In this document: positions 62,701 to 64,000 of the stretch, one piece after another
Position numbering within the stretch: the stretch's first letter is position 1
How the letters are laid out: every line of letters begins with the position of its first letter
DNA from: Tubulanus polymorphus
Taxonomy: Eukaryota; Animalia; Nemertea
DNA: 64,000 nt
Direction of reading: 5' to 3'
NCBI RefSeq assembly: GCF_964204645.1
Contig: NC_134033.1
Span: 2,686,131 to 2,750,130 of the forward strand
The notes under the pieces: generated by a model
Seen by the model: the letters and a program-made list of their open reading frames with translations, nothing else
Database searches by the model: none
What the model was told of the DNA's origin: nothing
Program-made: the position numbers and the translations under genes

Positions 62701-63297
62701 CCGACTCGGCGGACGTGGTCGCCGTCATCGATAGCTTCAAATCGAAAATCATCAAAGTCAAGGTCAGTTTTTTAATGCAGTTGTAGTTAAAAACAAACAT
62801 TATGATTAGTTACTAATGACGACCTTCTCATTCTCAATAATTTCTGAGTGCAGTCAATTCATTCAAATCCTTGTCTTGTGAAACTGGATTCAGGGGTTGT
62901 GGGCTGTAGACTTTTGCAGAAATTCAATTTTCAGGACCCATTTTTACAGTTGTGAGTTAATTAACTCTGAGTTAAAAATTAGTTCATTTTCAATGAGCTA
63001 ACTCTTGAGTCAAATCTTAACTCACAACTGTGGAACTGGGTCCTGACGTCTAACTGGAAAATTCTGGCCTCGATAATTCGATCTTTAAAGCGGCCCAGTA
63101 AATGCAAAAAAAGATTGCCAACATTCCTTACTTATTCAAAGACAAGTCAAAATCAAAATTGTTAGAAGCTTACTATTAGTTTTCATTCAAATTTCAATTT
63201 TATTTTTGTAGGTGTCTAAAAAGCCCGGTAAACTGAAAGAGGACGTTCTGCAGACGGATTCTACTGAGGATGAAGGATTATGGGACAGTTTGTCTAG
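41744..63297 (+). CDS. UGGT: UDP-glucose:glycoprotein glucosyltransferase, 5' part (27 coding exons; the catalytic C-terminal domain lies beyond the window)
   Basis: Exons 41744-41883, 43475-43560, 43954-44084, 44509-44618, 45248-45422, 46648-46744, 48528-48698, 49340-49439, 49859-49919, 50262-50417, 51126-51212, 51730-51935, 52622-52757, 53922-54050, 55130-55294, 55692-55914, 56362-56456, 57187-57399, 58081-58212, 58617-58747, 59156-59251, 60111-60213, 60653-60732, 61465-61654, 62070-62228, 62592-62762, 63212-63297. Signal peptide and UGGT motifs WSATPILAEASE, LSGYGV..KAKDD, LKVWEIQDLSFQAAQRI, YINDLE...PTFPGMLR, YDLDNIYL, LEGHCYD..G.PPRGLQFTLG, DTIVMANLGYFQLKAKPGAW. Confidence 0.95.
41939..42437. 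mobile_element. ~500-bp foldback MITE
   Basis: The whole element is an imperfect palindrome, AATGTCTATTTCAACCTGAC...GTCAGGTTGAAATAGACATT. Confidence 0.75.
44156..44430. mobile_element. MITE with CAGGGTGGCGCCACT TIRs (hAT-like); relatives at ~46953-47157, ~55950-56171, ~61697
   Basis: Perfect 15-bp TIR; no clear target-site duplication. Confidence 0.6.
44880..45095. repeat. CT-rich microsatellite
   Basis: Directly visible. Confidence 0.95.
45806..46020. mobile_element. Inverted pair of Penelope-like terminal fragments with hammerhead-ribozyme-like cores
   Basis: ~100-bp inverted arms; CCAC-CTGATGA-T-GGCTG..CAGCC-GAAA-CGTT-GCGG at 45924-45965(+) and its mirror at 45861-45902(-). Confidence 0.6.
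47533..47944. repeat. (ATTC)n degenerate tetranucleotide microsatellite
   Basis: Directly visible; source of the spurious HSFI ORFs. Confidence 0.97.
50470..51085. repeat. 39-bp minisatellite (~15 copies) containing the MITE-A TIR
   Basis: Unit TCAGAGTCAAATTAAACCCACACAACTGTGGAACTGGGT. Confidence 0.93.
52824..53330. mobile_element. Nested MITE complex: an outer GGGCTGCAGTTGC-TIR MITE containing a piggyBac-like MITE and a MITE-A
   Basis: Outer TIRs at 52824 and 53330; inner elements at 52852-53118 and 53125-53233. Confidence 0.75.
53445..53745. repeat. ~55-60-bp degenerate tandem repeat (~5 copies)
   Basis: CAGAAATATGAAAGATGTTACTGAGGGTCTTACTGTTGATTACTGA repeated. Confidence 0.85.
54137..54210 (-). 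pseudogene. tRNA-derived (Glu/Asp-like) SINE head or tRNA pseudogene
   Basis: Minus-strand A-box TGGTCTAGCGG and B-box GGTTCAAGTCC, but the acceptor and anticodon stems do not pair well. Confidence 0.5.
54339..54868. repeat. 46-47-bp minisatellite with a 140-bp three-monomer higher-order repeat, derived from MITE-B
   Basis: Higher-order units start at 54339, 54479, 54619 and 54760; monomer CTGGTCTTAAGTTGTTAGATTGG matches the internal sequence of 27171-27306. Confidence 0.88.
58230..58585. repeat. ~78-bp tandem repeat (~5 degenerate copies)
   Basis: CGCCATCTATGGGGTAAAGTTTGATCTAGTGGGTAGCAGACGATC repeated. Confidence 0.85.
59380..60044. repeat. 44/46-bp minisatellite (~15 copies) amplified from the 3' end of a MITE-A
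   Basis: Unit TTAGTTCAGAGTTAACTGTAACTCACAACTGTGGAATTGGATCC directly continues the MITE at ~59326-59419. Confidence 0.92.
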
Positions 63298-63679
63298 GTG
63301 GGTCCCCGAAAACATTCAGCGTTGGGTATGGAGGTGATTATCATAAATGTGTACTAAGTCCTACCCTCTCTCTCTCTCTCTTCTCTCTCTTTCTTTGTCC
63401 CGTGCTGTTATAATCCTGTTAATGTAATGTTTTCATTTGAAATGTCACAATCGTAACTGAGCTCATGAAAACAGCTCCAAAAATACATTCAAAACTAACC
63501 AGTTTTAGACATGAAGATTTATACATTTATAAAAGCGAATGCATAGAGATAGAAAAAAGTCCCATCCAACAACGGACAACTTGTTTCATGTCAGCATCCT
63601 TTTTATGAGGAAATTACTGAACTACATTTTAATACATCCAGTACAAATGATTCATAAAATTATGCACAAATTCGATACA

Positions 63680-64000
63680 TTACTTACATGGATATTCAAT
63701 ACACTAGTTACATGGATATTCAATACACTAGTTACATGGATATTCAATACACTAGTTACATGCATATTCAATACACTAGTTACATGGATATTCAATACAC
63801 TAGTTACAGAGATATTCAATACACTAGTTACATGCATATTCAATACACTATTTACATGGATATTCAATACACTAGTTACAGAGATATTCAATACACTAGT
63901 TACATGGATATTCAATACACTAGTTACATGGATATTCAATACACTAGTTACATGGATATTCAATACACTAGTTACATGGATATTCAATGCACTAGTTACA
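63680..64000. repeat. 24-bp minisatellite, running off the window
   Basis: Unit TGGATATTCAATACACTAGTTACA. Confidence 0.95.

Noticed and set aside
63652-63987. VLNIHVTS repeat ORF
   Set aside because: 24-bp intronic minisatellite.

Overview
Eukaryotic (invertebrate animal-like), AT-rich genomic DNA with GT-AG introns, in three zones. (1) 1-27.3 kb: a tandem array of seven intronless class A (rhodopsin-like) 7TM receptor paralogs on the + strand (six open, one frameshifted), plus a probable deleted eighth unit. They sit in duplicated intergenic blocks carrying tRNA-Thr(TGT) copies, MITEs, a LINE 3' fragment and a 670-bp inverted repeat. (2) 28-38 kb: a TTAA-flanked Kolobok-like element and an 11-exon chordin-like gene (3 VWC domains, about 486 aa, minus strand) whose introns hold one tRNA-Thr and four tRNA-His copies. 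(3) 41.7-64 kb: the first 27 coding exons of UDP-glucose:glycoprotein glucosyltransferase (UGGT, + strand, running off the window), with introns rich in piggyBac-like and Harbinger-like MITEs, MITE-derived minisatellites and Penelope-type hammerhead-like motifs. Most notable: alternating invariant/hypervariable mosaic GPCR segments; GPCR stop codons located in a tRNA-like Pol III A-box; two different CWG-TSD MITEs inserted into tRNA-Thr anticodon stems; an inverted pair of hammerhead-like motifs; and a candidate 15-nt UGGT microexon. All calls are by eye and no database searches were run.
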